Shown here: positions 1 through 8,633 of the stretch, piece after piece
How positions within the stretch are numbered: the stretch's first letter is position 1
How the letters are laid out: the number at the start of each line of letters is the position of its first letter
From: an uncultured Thermococci archaeon
GTDB lineage: Archaea > CAYQAE01 > CAYVLA01
Direction: 5' to 3'
NCBI GenBank assembly: GCA_964549615.1
Contig: CAZJVP010000052.1
Span: 1-55,502, forward strand
DNA: 55,502 nucleotides
Notes under the pieces: generated by a model
Seen by the model: only the letters and a program-made list of their open reading frames with translations
Told to the model about the DNA's origin: nothing
Database searches by the model: none
Made by a program: the position numbers and the translations under genes

Positions 1-531
1 ACTGACCTTGTCCAGACTCGGCGACCCACAGATTGGTCAGAAGCCATGCTGTGGCGGCTGCACTTGATGATCTCACGCAATCGGTGAAAGTATCACGGGA
101 CTGGTACGCCCCACGGACAAAGCTCCGCAGTTTCGATATTCCTCCTCAAGGGGGGTGAAGAGTTCACCCCGGATGGAGTCAAGGCCTACCTGATGCCAAC
201 GGTTGGAAGGGCCGAGATGCCTCAGAGGCTGCAGAGCTGGCTGAGGATGTTCTTGAAGGCAAGCGGCTCCGCACGGACAGCCCCTTTATCCCTGAAAGAT
301 AGACATGTTGAAGAGGTGGAAGCAGAGGAAAAAAGGGCGGCGGGTACGAACTCGGATTCGAATACATTCCCCGCCATCTCCAATTTGTAACCGGAGCAAT
401 AACCGGGCTGTCTTGGGCAATGACGCTCGCCGGCAGGCGCCCAGAAGGCGTACACGCGCGCGTCTACTGCCCCCAACAGGCCGAAGTGTCGACCTTCCGT
501 GCTGATCCTCGACGCGGCCCCTCCACTCTGG

Positions 532-1770
532 CTAGCTCCCGACGCTTCTCGTGGCGGATACCGGACGGAACATCCTCCTCTTCACCATGAGCGACCAGAT
601 GACGACTCCAGAAAGGGCCGACGTCGAGGTCACGGTGAGCCACTCAACGAGATAGGCCCACGTCAGCGCCCGTTCCTTAAGTTCCACGGACTCCGCCTCG
701 ATTTCTAGGGCAAGGTCAAAAGCTTCTCTCATTTTGGATTCCACCAGGTCGAACTCATGCTCAAGATAGAGTTCGCCGGCCTCGCTGCCCATGAGCTGCA
801 AGCCCGCCAGCCTTTTCTCGACCCGCTGGGTGTTCGCTCCGAAGCTATCCGCAAACTCGATTATGTTGCCCACGAGAGTTATCCTCGAGCGGAGACGGAT
901 GAAGGAGTCACGCAGGATGTGAACCCTTATCGGATCATCGGGGAGATCCCAGCCCGAGCTAAGCCAGATGAACCCGGTGAAGATGTCCAGCGCATACCTT
1001 TCCTTCCCATCGTTTGTACGCCACATCGAGGTGTCAAACTGATCGGCGGTCACCCACACCAAGGCATTTCCCGGTCCATATCTCCAAGAGATGAATAGGG
1101 GGAACCTCGTCACGCCAGCTCCCAAGAACGCGTTCGTGTGGCAGTAAGCCCAGACCGTTGCACCGGGCCTCTCGAACGTGGGGCGCGCCTCCCCAAACGG
1201 TTTGATGTTCTCGATTCCGAGGGGGATGTAAGGCGTCATGAGCGGCGGGAGGTTGGGGTCTCTGACGATCTCTAGGTCGAACGGCTTATCCCCGGGAGCG
1301 CCCAGCTTGAGGTTCTTCGAGTGATCGTAGGGGAAGCAGTCGTAGAGCTGGGTTTCCAGCCACGGGCCGTAGATGTCCGCGTACTGGCTTTCCATGAAGC
1401 ACAGCGCGCCCCTGCCTCCTTCGGCAATTGCGAGGTAGATGTCCTGAAGCGAATTCGGGGGAAAATACCGCACGACGGGCTGGTTGATCAGGATGAAGTC
1501 GTACTCCAACATTCCCTCAAGATTCCTGGGCAGATAGAGACGGATGATCCGCTTCAGCCCCGCCTCCCCGTACGTCGTGGCGTGCATGTCTCTTGCCACG
1601 ACGAGGGTTGCGTCCAGAGAGGGCTCGGCCTGGCAATATCCCCATATGGGACAGTAACTTGTGTCGACCTCGCCCATCGCGAGGACTCGCATCAAGTGCG
1701 GCGGGGAGACCTGTTCGCCCTGCACGGCAGGGAAAAGGAGGCAAACCAAAATGAGGGCCAGCCTTGTCAC
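532..1770 (-). CDS. Uncharacterised secreted, C-terminally membrane-anchored protein (paralog 1 of 3; GATase1-like/DUF1355-like extracellular domain suspected)
   Basis: ORF 532..2007. The likely start is GTG at 1770, giving a signal peptide MTRLALILVCLLFPAVQG, with TTATA about 32 nt upstream. The C-terminal TM ALTWAYLVEWLTVT...WSLMVKRR is shared with 11387..12658 and 38704..39893. Confidence 0.8.
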   Translation of the reverse strand: MTRLALILVCLLFPAVQGEQVSPPHLMRVLAMGEVDTSYCPIWGYCQAEPSLDATLVVARDMHATTYGEAGLKRIIRLYLPRNLEGMLEYDFILINQPVVRYFPPNSLQDIYLAIAEGGRGALCFMESQYADIYGPWLETQLYDCFPYDHSKNLKLGAPGDKPFDLEIVRDPNLPPLMTPYIPLGIENIKPFGEARPTFERPGATVWAYCHTNAFLGAGVTRFPLFISWRYGPGNALVWVTADQFDTSMWRTNDGKERYALDIFTGFIWLSSGWDLPDDPIRVHILRDSFIRLRSRITLVGNIIEFADSFGANTQRVEKRLAGLQLMGSEAGELYLEHEFDLVESKMREAFDLALEIEAESVELKERALTWAYLVEWLTVTSTSALSGVVIWSLMVKRRMFRPVSATRSVGS

Positions 1771-1980
1771 GGAGTCGCCGTGTAACGCTTTGATGCCCCT
1801 GTATAAGTCGTTTTCTTTGAGCCGTGACCTGCAGCGAGGATCACCGGCCACGAGCTGTTGAGAAGAATGCCGGCACGGCGCTGACCCCGATATTGATGTC
1901 TCGGCAGTCAAGCTAACTGATCGGAGAATGCGGCGGCTGATGTGGCGCAAAGGGCAGCTAGGATGGCGCGGGACATCGTC

Positions 1981-2017
1981 CGATAAACTTAATAAGAACG
2001 ATGTCAAATGTATGACA
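1981..2017 (+). promoter_or_regulatory. BRE/TATA-like promoter plus TGTCA-N6-TGACA inverted repeat upstream of the RHH gene
   Basis: CGATAAAC-TTAATAAG at 1981-1996; perfect inverted repeat TGTCA (2002-2006) / TGACA (2013-2017). Confidence 0.5.
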
Positions 2018-2041
2018 ACTCACAGCCAGCGGGGAACGGTC

Positions 2042-2227
2042 GTGACCAAGACCATTTGCCTTAGGATGGAAGACGAGACGATGGAGATCCTGCAGAAGGC
2101 GGCGAGCCACCGGAAAGAGAACATCTCGGTGTTCGTCAGGCGAGCGATCTTCAGGGAGCTCGCCCAACTCGGCTATCTGAGCCCCGAGGAGACGAAAGCT
2201 CTCCTCTGGTGGCAGCAGAAGAAGTGA
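2042..2227 (+). CDS. Ribbon-helix-helix (CopG/DUF1778-like) transcription regulator
   Basis: TKTICLRM beta-strand followed by two helices (EDETMEILQKAA; NISVFVRRAI). The likely start is GTG 2042, within ORF 1928..2227. Confidence 0.7.
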   Translation: MTKTICLRMEDETMEILQKAASHRKENISVFVRRAIFRELAQLGYLSPEETKALLWWQQKK

Positions 2228-2320
2228 CTCGCCAGTCCGCTCAGGGTGATGCGAGCCCTTCCACAGCAAACTACAGCTCCGTGACTAGCCTAGAAAGGGT
2301 ATTCAGAGGGAGGAAGCATT

Positions 2321-2370
2321 TTAAAACGCCGTTAAACGCCGTCTAACGCTGTATAAGCGCGTCTAACGGA
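2321..2370 (+). repeat. Five tandem imperfect 10-bp direct repeats in the hydrogenase promoter
   Basis: TTAAAACGCC / GTTAAACGCC / GTCTAACGCT / GTATAAGCGC / GTCTAACGGA, starting at a TATA-like TTTTAAAA; RBS GGAGG at 2393-2397. Confidence 0.75.
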
Positions 2371-2405
2371 AACAGCTCAAACATCGTTATTCGGAGGAAG
2401 CGACC

Positions 2406-2987
2406 ATGCAGGCAGGGACCCCTCAGGCGCCCATAAGTTCAAGATCCTACGGCCGCCCAGCCTTCCCGCAGCGCACCATCGTTGCGATCGAGGCCGGCAG
2501 GCCGCAGGGACCCGGTCTTCCCAAGAGAGAACTCGAGGCGCGCGACGATCTGATCCGCATTATCCGCGAAAACCGAGGCAGATCATCCGCTCTGATCAGT
2601 GTGCTCCACGATGTTCAGAACAGCCTTGGGCACATCCCGCTCTGGGCTCAGCTCACCGTATCCCAGGAAATGGGGATACCGTTCAGCACCGTCCACGGCG
2701 TTGTTACCTTCTACAACTTCTTCTCCCAACAGCCAAAGGGCAGGCACACGATCCAGATCTGCCAGGGGACAGCCTGTTACGTACGTGGGGGGAGAAGGAT
2801 CCTGCAGCAGCTGGCAAGGAGACTTGGCGTCCGGCCGGGTGAGACCACGAAAGACGGCAGCTTCTCTTTGGAGATCGTTCGCTGCCTAGGATGCTGCGGC
2901 CTTGCCCCCGTTATTTCAATCGACGGCAAGGTCTACCGTCGGATGAATCCCAAGAAGGCGGCGGAGATCCTAGAGGGTTACAACTAG
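2406..2987 (+). CDS. hoxE: NuoE/HoxE/HydC-like [2Fe-2S] subunit
   Basis: GVVTFYNFFS, ICQGTAC and CLGCC motifs of the NuoE family; GGAGG RBS. Confidence 0.92.
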   Translation: MQAGTPQAPISSRSYGRPAFPQRTIVAIEAGRPQGPGLPKRELEARDDLIRIIRENRGRSSALISVLHDVQNSLGHIPLWAQLTVSQEMGIPFSTVHGVVTFYNFFSQQPKGRHTIQICQGTACYVRGGRRILQQLARRLGVRPGETTKDGSFSLEIVRCLGCCGLAPVISIDGKVYRRMNPKKAAEILEGYN

Positions 2988-3015
2988 CCGCCGAATGGAA
3001 GCACAGGATGTCTGA

Positions 3016-6000
3016 ATGTTGAGAATCCCCAATGCGGAAGCCCTTTCAGATCTTGCGCGGGCATGCAAGGCGGAGGCAGACGCAAGGAAGGCCAGCCGCC
3101 AAGTTCTGGTTCACAACGGCACCTGTGGGATAGCCTCCGGCTCCAAGCTCGTCAGATCCTATCTGGACGAGCACCTCGGAGAGCAGGCAGGAATCGTGGT
3201 CCGCGACACGAGCTGTTGTGGGGCCTGTCACCAGGAGCCCATGATAACCGTGGTCGAAACCGATGGAACCCAGATCATCTACGGAGATCTGACGCGGGAA
3301 AAGCTTGCCAAGATCGTCAAGGAGCACCTAAGGGGCGGCCATCCGGTCCGAGAGCTGATGACCGACGGCTCGAATCCCTTCTTTCAGAAACAGGTCAAGA
3401 GGGTGACGAGGCTTCTTGGCGTCATAGACCCCTATGATATCAGGGACTACATCGCCCACGATGGCTATCAGGCGCTTGCAAAGGTCCTTTCCCTTCCAAG
3501 GGAGAAAGTTGTCGAGGAGGTCACCAGATCGGGGCTGAGGGGACGGGGCGGGGCGGGATTCCCGACCGGCCTGAAATGGTCCTTCGCGGCGAAAGCCCAG
3601 GGAAGTCCAAAATATGTGATCTGCAACGCCGATGAGGGGGATCCAGGCGCCTACATGGACAGGGCGATAGTCGAGGGATGCCCCCATTCCGTCATCGAGG
3701 GGCTATGCATAGCCGCCTACGCGATCGGCGCCAACAAGGGCTTTGTCTACATCCGGGCAGAGTATCCGCTGGCCGTCGAAGTCATCACCAACGCCATCGA
3801 CCAGGCCAGGGATTTGGGCCTATTCGGGGAGAACATACTGGGAAGCGGGTTCAACTTCGACATCGAGGTCTGTCTTGGAGCGGGCGCATTCGTCTGTGGC
3901 GAGGAAACGGCGCTCATCGCCTCCATAGAGGGCAAGAGAGGGAGCCCACGCCCGAGGCCTCCCTTCCCGGCCAACCAGGGCCTTTACGGCAAGCCCACGG
4001 TCATCAACAACGTGAAGACCCTCGCCAACATACCCCTCATATTCCTCCATGGTGCTGACTGGTTCGCAAGCCTTGGAACCGAAAAGAGCAAGGGCACCGT
4101 CATTTTCTCCCTCACAGGCAAGGTCAGAAGAAGCGGATTGATCGAGGTACCCCTGGGTACAACACTTGGGGAGGTCATCTTCGACATCGGAGGGGGAGTT
4201 TCGGCCGGGAAGCGGTTCAAGGCCGTCCAACTCGGGGGCCCCTCCGGTGGGTGCATCCCGGGCAAGTACCTGAACACGCCCATAGACTACGCCGACATCG
4301 AGGCGCTCGGGGCCATAATGGGCTCCGGCGGAATGATCGTGATGGACGAGGACTCCTGCATGCCGGATATGGCAAGGTTCTTCATGGAGTTCACGAAGGA
4401 CGAGTCGTGCGGCAAGTGCACTCCATGCAGGGCGGGCATCCCCCAGATGCTCGGGATCTTGGATAAGGTGACGAGTGGAAGGGCCGAGCTGGAGGACCTC
4501 CAAGTCCTAGAGGAGTTGGGCAAGATGGTGAAGGAGTGCTCCCTGTGCGGCTTGGGCCAAACTGCCCCAAACCCCGTCCTAAGCACCCTCCGCCACTTCA
4601 GGGACGAGTACGTGGCCCACATCATCGACTACAGATGTCCGGCCGCCGTTTGTCAGCCTCTCTTCACTGCCCCGTGCCAGCACGCATGCCCTCTGGGAAA
4701 CGACATACCCTCGATCATGGCGCTTGTCAAAGAGGGACGATACGAGGACGCCTATCTGCTGCTTCGGCAGCGCAACCCTCTGCCATCGGTTTGCGGAAGG
4801 GTCTGCGTTCGCTATTGCGAGGGGAAGTGTCGCCGGTCCCAGATCGATGAGCACCTATCCATAAACCACCTGCTGAGATTCGTGGCCGACTATGCCATCG
4901 AAAAGGGGATCGAATACGTCCCCGAGATCAAGGAGAAGAAGAAACAGAAAGTGGCGATCGTTGGTTCCGGCCCCGCCGGCCTGTCGGCGGCATACGACCT
5001 TGCCTTGAACGGATACGGCGTGACCGTCTTCGAAGCCACATCAAAGCCCGGGGGAATGATGGTCTGGGGCATACCGGCCTACCGCCTGCCCAGGGCCGCG
5101 CTCGAGGCCGACCTTAGGGTATTCCGCAGGATGGGGATTGAGATCAAGCTGAACAGCAGGGTGACCGATGTCGAGTCGCTCCTAAGACAGGGCTACGACG
5201 CGGTCTTCATTGCCAGCGGGCTGCCAAGGGGGCGCAAGATGGGCATCCCGGGAGAGGACCTCGATGGGGTATACGAGGGCGTTGATTTCCTCAGGAAGCT
5301 AAATGCGGGAGAGAAGCTCGAGGTAGGACAGAGAGTCGCAGTGGTGGGCGGGGGCAACGTTGCGGTCGACGCCGCCAGGGCAAGCTTGCGGCTAGGTGCC
5401 GAGAAGGTCTACATAGTCTACAGACGTGAAAGGGCGGACATGCCCGCAATAGCCGAGGAGATCGAGGCGGCCGAGGAGGAAGGCGTAGAGATAATGCCCC
5501 TCACCAATCCGCGCAGGATCATCGGTTCCAACGGGAGGGTTTCGGGCCTTGAGTGCGCCCAGATGTCCTTGAGCGGGTTCGATGATAGCTGCCGAAGGGT
5601 GCCGCACGAGGTCGAGGGCTCGCGAATACTGCTCGAGGTCGACACGGTGATCGAAGCCATCGGACAGGCTGCCGAGAACGACTTCCTCCAAGGCAAGGTC
5701 CTGACCGACAGACAGGGTTTGATCCTTGCGGATGAGAGAACACTGGAAACCAATGTTCCGGGGATCTTTGCGGGAGGCGATGTGGTCACCGGACCATCAA
5801 CCGTGGTCGAGGCGATAGCCGCGGGACAGAGGGGAGCCCATTCGGTGATGAGCTATCTCCGTAATCAGCCCATACCCAAGAGGGTTTCCAGGGAAATACC
5901 CCTCAAGATCGAAATCCCGCAGGGTGAGATCAAGGACGAGGTACCCGAAGAACGCCATGTGAAATGGGCGGTCTGCCCTGCCCGGGAGAGACGTTCCGAC

Positions 6001-6084
6001 TTCCGGGAGGTCGCCCATGGTTATACCGAGGCGCAGGCCCGCAGGGAAGCGTCGCGGTGCCTCAGGTGTGATCTCGAGGTGTGA
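3016..6084 (+). CDS. NuoF/HydB-like FMN/NAD(H) subunit fused to a GltD/NfnB-like FAD-dependent oxidoreductase
   Basis: N-terminal thioredoxin-like FeS domain. NuoF motifs: GLRGRGGAGFPTG, CNADEGDPG, GAGAFVCGEETAL, GGPSGGC, ESCGKCTPCR. GltD/NfnB motifs follow: PCQHACP...VCGRVC, GSGPAGL, WGIPAYRLP, GGGNVAVD..VYRR, GIFAGGD, EASRCLRC. Confidence 0.93.
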   Translation: MLRIPNAEALSDLARACKAEADARKASRQVLVHNGTCGIASGSKLVRSYLDEHLGEQAGIVVRDTSCCGACHQEPMITVVETDGTQIIYGDLTREKLAKIVKEHLRGGHPVRELMTDGSNPFFQKQVKRVTRLLGVIDPYDIRDYIAHDGYQALAKVLSLPREKVVEEVTRSGLRGRGGAGFPTGLKWSFAAKAQGSPKYVICNADEGDPGAYMDRAIVEGCPHSVIEGLCIAAYAIGANKGFVYIRAEYPLAVEVITNAIDQARDLGLFGENILGSGFNFDIEVCLGAGAFVCGEETALIASIEGKRGSPRPRPPFPANQGLYGKPTVINNVKTLANIPLIFLHGADWFASLGTEKSKGTVIFSLTGKVRRSGLIEVPLGTTLGEVIFDIGGGVSAGKRFKAVQLGGPSGGCIPGKYLNTPIDYADIEALGAIMGSGGMIVMDEDSCMPDMARFFMEFTKDESCGKCTPCRAGIPQMLGILDKVTSGRAELEDLQVLEELGKMVKECSLCGLGQTAPNPVLSTLRHFRDEYVAHIIDYRCPAAVCQPLFTAPCQHACPLGNDIPSIMALVKEGRYEDAYLLLRQRNPLPSVCGRVCVRYCEGKCRRSQIDEHLSINHLLRFVADYAIEKGIEYVPEIKEKKKQKVAIVGSGPAGLSAAYDLALNGYGVTVFEATSKPGGMMVWGIPAYRLPRAALEADLRVFRRMGIEIKLNSRVTDVESLLRQGYDAVFIASGLPRGRKMGIPGEDLDGVYEGVDFLRKLNAGEKLEVGQRVAVVGGGNVAVDAARASLRLGAEKVYIVYRRERADMPAIAEEIEAAEEEGVEIMPLTNPRRIIGSNGRVSGLECAQMSLSGFDDSCRRVPHEVEGSRILLEVDTVIEAIGQAAENDFLQGKVLTDRQGLILADERTLETNVPGIFAGGDVVTGPSTVVEAIAAGQRGAHSVMSYLRNQPIPKRVSREIPLKIEIPQGEIKDEVPEERHVKWAVCPARERRSDFREVAHGYTEAQARREASRCLRCDLEV

Positions 6085-6087
6085 AGC

Positions 6088-8070
6088 GTGTCCGGGGACG
6101 AGTTTACCGCCATCGTCGACGGAAGGCCTGTAAAGGGCACCAAGGGAGCCACCATACTCGAGCTCTGTAGGGCCAACGACATCTACATCCCCACGTTGTG
6201 CCACTTGGACGGCCTTTCGGGGAACGGGGGATGCCGGATGTGCCTGGTCGATGTGGAAGGCCAGAGGAGGCCGGTTCCCGCATGTATGACCCTGGCGGCC
6301 GAGGGCATGAAGATCGTGACCAACAGCCCGCAGCTGACAAGCTACCGGCGCATGGTCCTCGAGCTTCTCCTGAGTGAGCGTAACCACTTCTGTTTCTTCT
6401 GCGAGAAGAGCGGGGACTGCGAGCTTCAGTCCCTCTGCTACGAGTTCGGCATAGACCACCCGAGGTTTCCGGGGATGTTCCCTCCCCTAGGCCTTGACGC
6501 GACCGCCGAGGCCCTGGCAATAGACAACAACAGGTGCATCCTGTGCGGCAGGTGTGTCCGGGTATGCAACGAGATCGTGGGCAACAATACCCTAGACTTC
6601 GCAAGGCGCGGGTCAAACACGGTCATAAACGAGCCCGACCTCCTTCCTCTCGGTCAGTCCAACTGCATCCAGTGCGGTGCATGCGTCGAGGTTTGCCCGA
6701 CGGGGGCCATCTTCGGGAAGCTGAGCAGCTACAGGGGTAGAAAGGCACAGTGCATGGTGCTAAGGACCACATGTTGCGAGTGCCCGATGGCCTGCGACCT
6801 GACTGTCCATGTGCGCGACAATAACATCGTCATGATCACGGGCGGCGGGCTGCAGTCGCGGTTTGGGGGGCAGCTCTGCAAGAGGGGCCGGTTCGATCTG
6901 CTGTCCCGCAGCTACGACAGGATAGTTGCACCACGTATCGTTAGAGGCAATTCCCAGATCAAGGCCGACCTGCCTGAAGCCTTAGCCACGGCATCCAGGC
7001 TACTGCGCGAGGTCCAACGCAGGCATGGCAAGGACAGCGTGGCGGGGATCATATCGCCGCGATGCACAAACGAGGCAATCATGGCCTTCAAGGAGTTCGT
7101 CGAGAAGACGCTGAGGACCAAGAACGTGTTCATCATCGAGTCCGCATTCGGGGTCTTGAGCGACAGGATCTTGAAGGCGATGGAGAAAGAAGGTCTAGGT
7201 CGATTCTCCGAGTGCAGGACGGCAGAGCTTGCCCAAGCGGACTTGATCGTGGCGATCGGACTTGGACGGTCGGAGCCGCATCCCATCATCGCATCCAACG
7301 TAAGAAGGGCCCTCAACAAAGGCGCCCATCTGATAATCGTCGCGGGTTCAGAGAACGTCCTGTCCGCGCGCGCCAGCCTGATGATAAGCGCGGATGAGGG
7401 CAGGCTCGCACCAGTCGTGAAGACTCTGGCCAGCCTCGTCGGCGCGGCTGCCAGGGGGGACGAGCGATCCATTCAGGATACCATGCGAAAATCGTCGGAT
7501 CTCCAGCATGAGGAGATGTCCGCGTTCCTGACATACGTTCGCGGGGCGAAGAAGGTCGTGACCATCGCAGGCGGGGAGATCGAGCCCGATCCCGCCGTCC
7601 TCAAGGCCGTCGCCCTCCTGGCCGCGGCCCTGGCCAAGGCCGACAATGGACCGGTGCCCGCCATCTTCCTTCGATCAGGGGGAAATGCCAGGGGCGCCCT
7701 TGACCTACTCGGCGAGGATCTCAGAAGCCTCCCCACCGATCTTGGGAAGTTCGGCATCCGGGCGGCGTACATGTTGCTTTCCGACGAAGATCCTGGGACT
7801 GTTGATCGGATCGATCTTGCGGGGTTGGAGGCCATCGTCACCCAAGCGTCCTTCGAGTCGGATCTTACCAGCAGAGCCGACGTCGTCATCCCATCCAGGA
7901 CCTGGGCGGAGAGATCCGGCACCATGACCGACATCGATGGGGAAGTGAGGAAGATCAGCCAAGTCCTCGTCCCGCCCGATGGGGTCCGCTCGGACGAGGA
8001 GATCATCCACGAGCTGGCGCGACGCTGGGCGCAGGGTGCGCCGGACGAAAGCAAGGGAGGGATTGCTTGA
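6088..8070 (+). CDS. NuoG/HoxU/HydA-like multi-FeS subunit with a degenerate molybdopterin-oxidoreductase domain
   Basis: [2Fe-2S] (IPTLC...GGCRMC...C), NHFCFFC..C, two ferredoxin motifs (CILCGRCVRVC, CIQCGACVEVCP) and CCECPMAC...LCKRG. No FDH catalytic Cys/Sec-His motif, no H-cluster motifs and no C-terminal MGD-binding domain. Confidence 0.88.
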   Translation: MSGDEFTAIVDGRPVKGTKGATILELCRANDIYIPTLCHLDGLSGNGGCRMCLVDVEGQRRPVPACMTLAAEGMKIVTNSPQLTSYRRMVLELLLSERNHFCFFCEKSGDCELQSLCYEFGIDHPRFPGMFPPLGLDATAEALAIDNNRCILCGRCVRVCNEIVGNNTLDFARRGSNTVINEPDLLPLGQSNCIQCGACVEVCPTGAIFGKLSSYRGRKAQCMVLRTTCCECPMACDLTVHVRDNNIVMITGGGLQSRFGGQLCKRGRFDLLSRSYDRIVAPRIVRGNSQIKADLPEALATASRLLREVQRRHGKDSVAGIISPRCTNEAIMAFKEFVEKTLRTKNVFIIESAFGVLSDRILKAMEKEGLGRFSECRTAELAQADLIVAIGLGRSEPHPIIASNVRRALNKGAHLIIVAGSENVLSARASLMISADEGRLAPVVKTLASLVGAAARGDERSIQDTMRKSSDLQHEEMSAFLTYVRGAKKVVTIAGGEIEPDPAVLKAVALLAAALAKADNGPVPAIFLRSGGNARGALDLLGEDLRSLPTDLGKFGIRAAYMLLSDEDPGTVDRIDLAGLEAIVTQASFESDLTSRADVVIPSRTWAERSGTMTDIDGEVRKISQVLVPPDGVRSDEEIIHELARRWAQGAPDESKGGIA

Positions 8071-8633
8071 ACAAGGTCAGGATCGCCACCGCATGGTTAT
8101 CGGGCTGCTCGGGCTGCCACATGTCATTCCTGAACATCGACGAGGCGCTGATGGAGGTTGCGAGCAAGGTCGAGTTCGTCAGAAGCCCCCTCGTCGACGC
8201 AAAAGAGTTCAGGCCCTGCGAGGTGGCCATCGTAGAGGGCGCGGTCTCGGACACGGACAACCTCGAAACGCTAAAGTCGCTCAGAGCAAACTGCAAGATC
8301 CTCGTGGCATTGGGAGACTGCGCCGTGTTCGGAGGGATGACCTCGATGAGAAACCTCTTCGACGCCGAGGACGTCCTGAAGCGCGGATACGTCGAGACCG
8401 AGACAACCAAGGACGGGTTCGTGCCAGTGGACCCTCCCGTCCCCAGGCTTCTGGAGCAAGCGACACCGCTAAGCGCCCATGTGAAGGTCGACGTCAACAT
8501 ACCGGGATGCCCTCCCCACCCGGAGTCGATCCTGCATGTGGTCACACGCCTTCTTGAGGGAAAGGATCCCAAGCTTCCTCGGGAGCTGCTGCACTTCGAT
8601 TCCAGAATCAAGGTCAGGAGCGATGGCAAATGA
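8067..8633 (+). CDS. hoxY: [NiFe]-hydrogenase small subunit (group 3d/HoxY-like)
   Basis: WLSGCSGCHMS, VEG, GDCA and PGCPP motifs; short single-cluster form (188 aa). Confidence 0.92.
   Translation: MNKVRIATAWLSGCSGCHMSFLNIDEALMEVASKVEFVRSPLVDAKEFRPCEVAIVEGAVSDTDNLETLKSLRANCKILVALGDCAVFGGMTSMRNLFDAEDVLKRGYVETETTKDGFVPVDPPVPRLLEQATPLSAHVKVDVNIPGCPPHPESILHVVTRLLEGKDPKLPRELLHFDSRIKVRSDGK

Noticed and set aside
1-531. Short ORFs and possible gene remnant at the left edge
   Set aside because: All frames are interrupted and no recognisable motif, terminal repeat or RNA structure was found. It may be a decayed gene but cannot be supported.
2321-2370. Repeat array as CRISPR
   Set aside because: Units are 10 bp, adjacent, without spacers, and no cas genes are present.
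6088-8070. Formate dehydrogenase alpha or [FeFe]-hydrogenase call; selenocysteine readthrough
   Set aside because: No Mo/W ligand motif, no H-cluster motifs, and no in-frame TGA in the hydrogenase genes; HoxH has all four Cys ligands.
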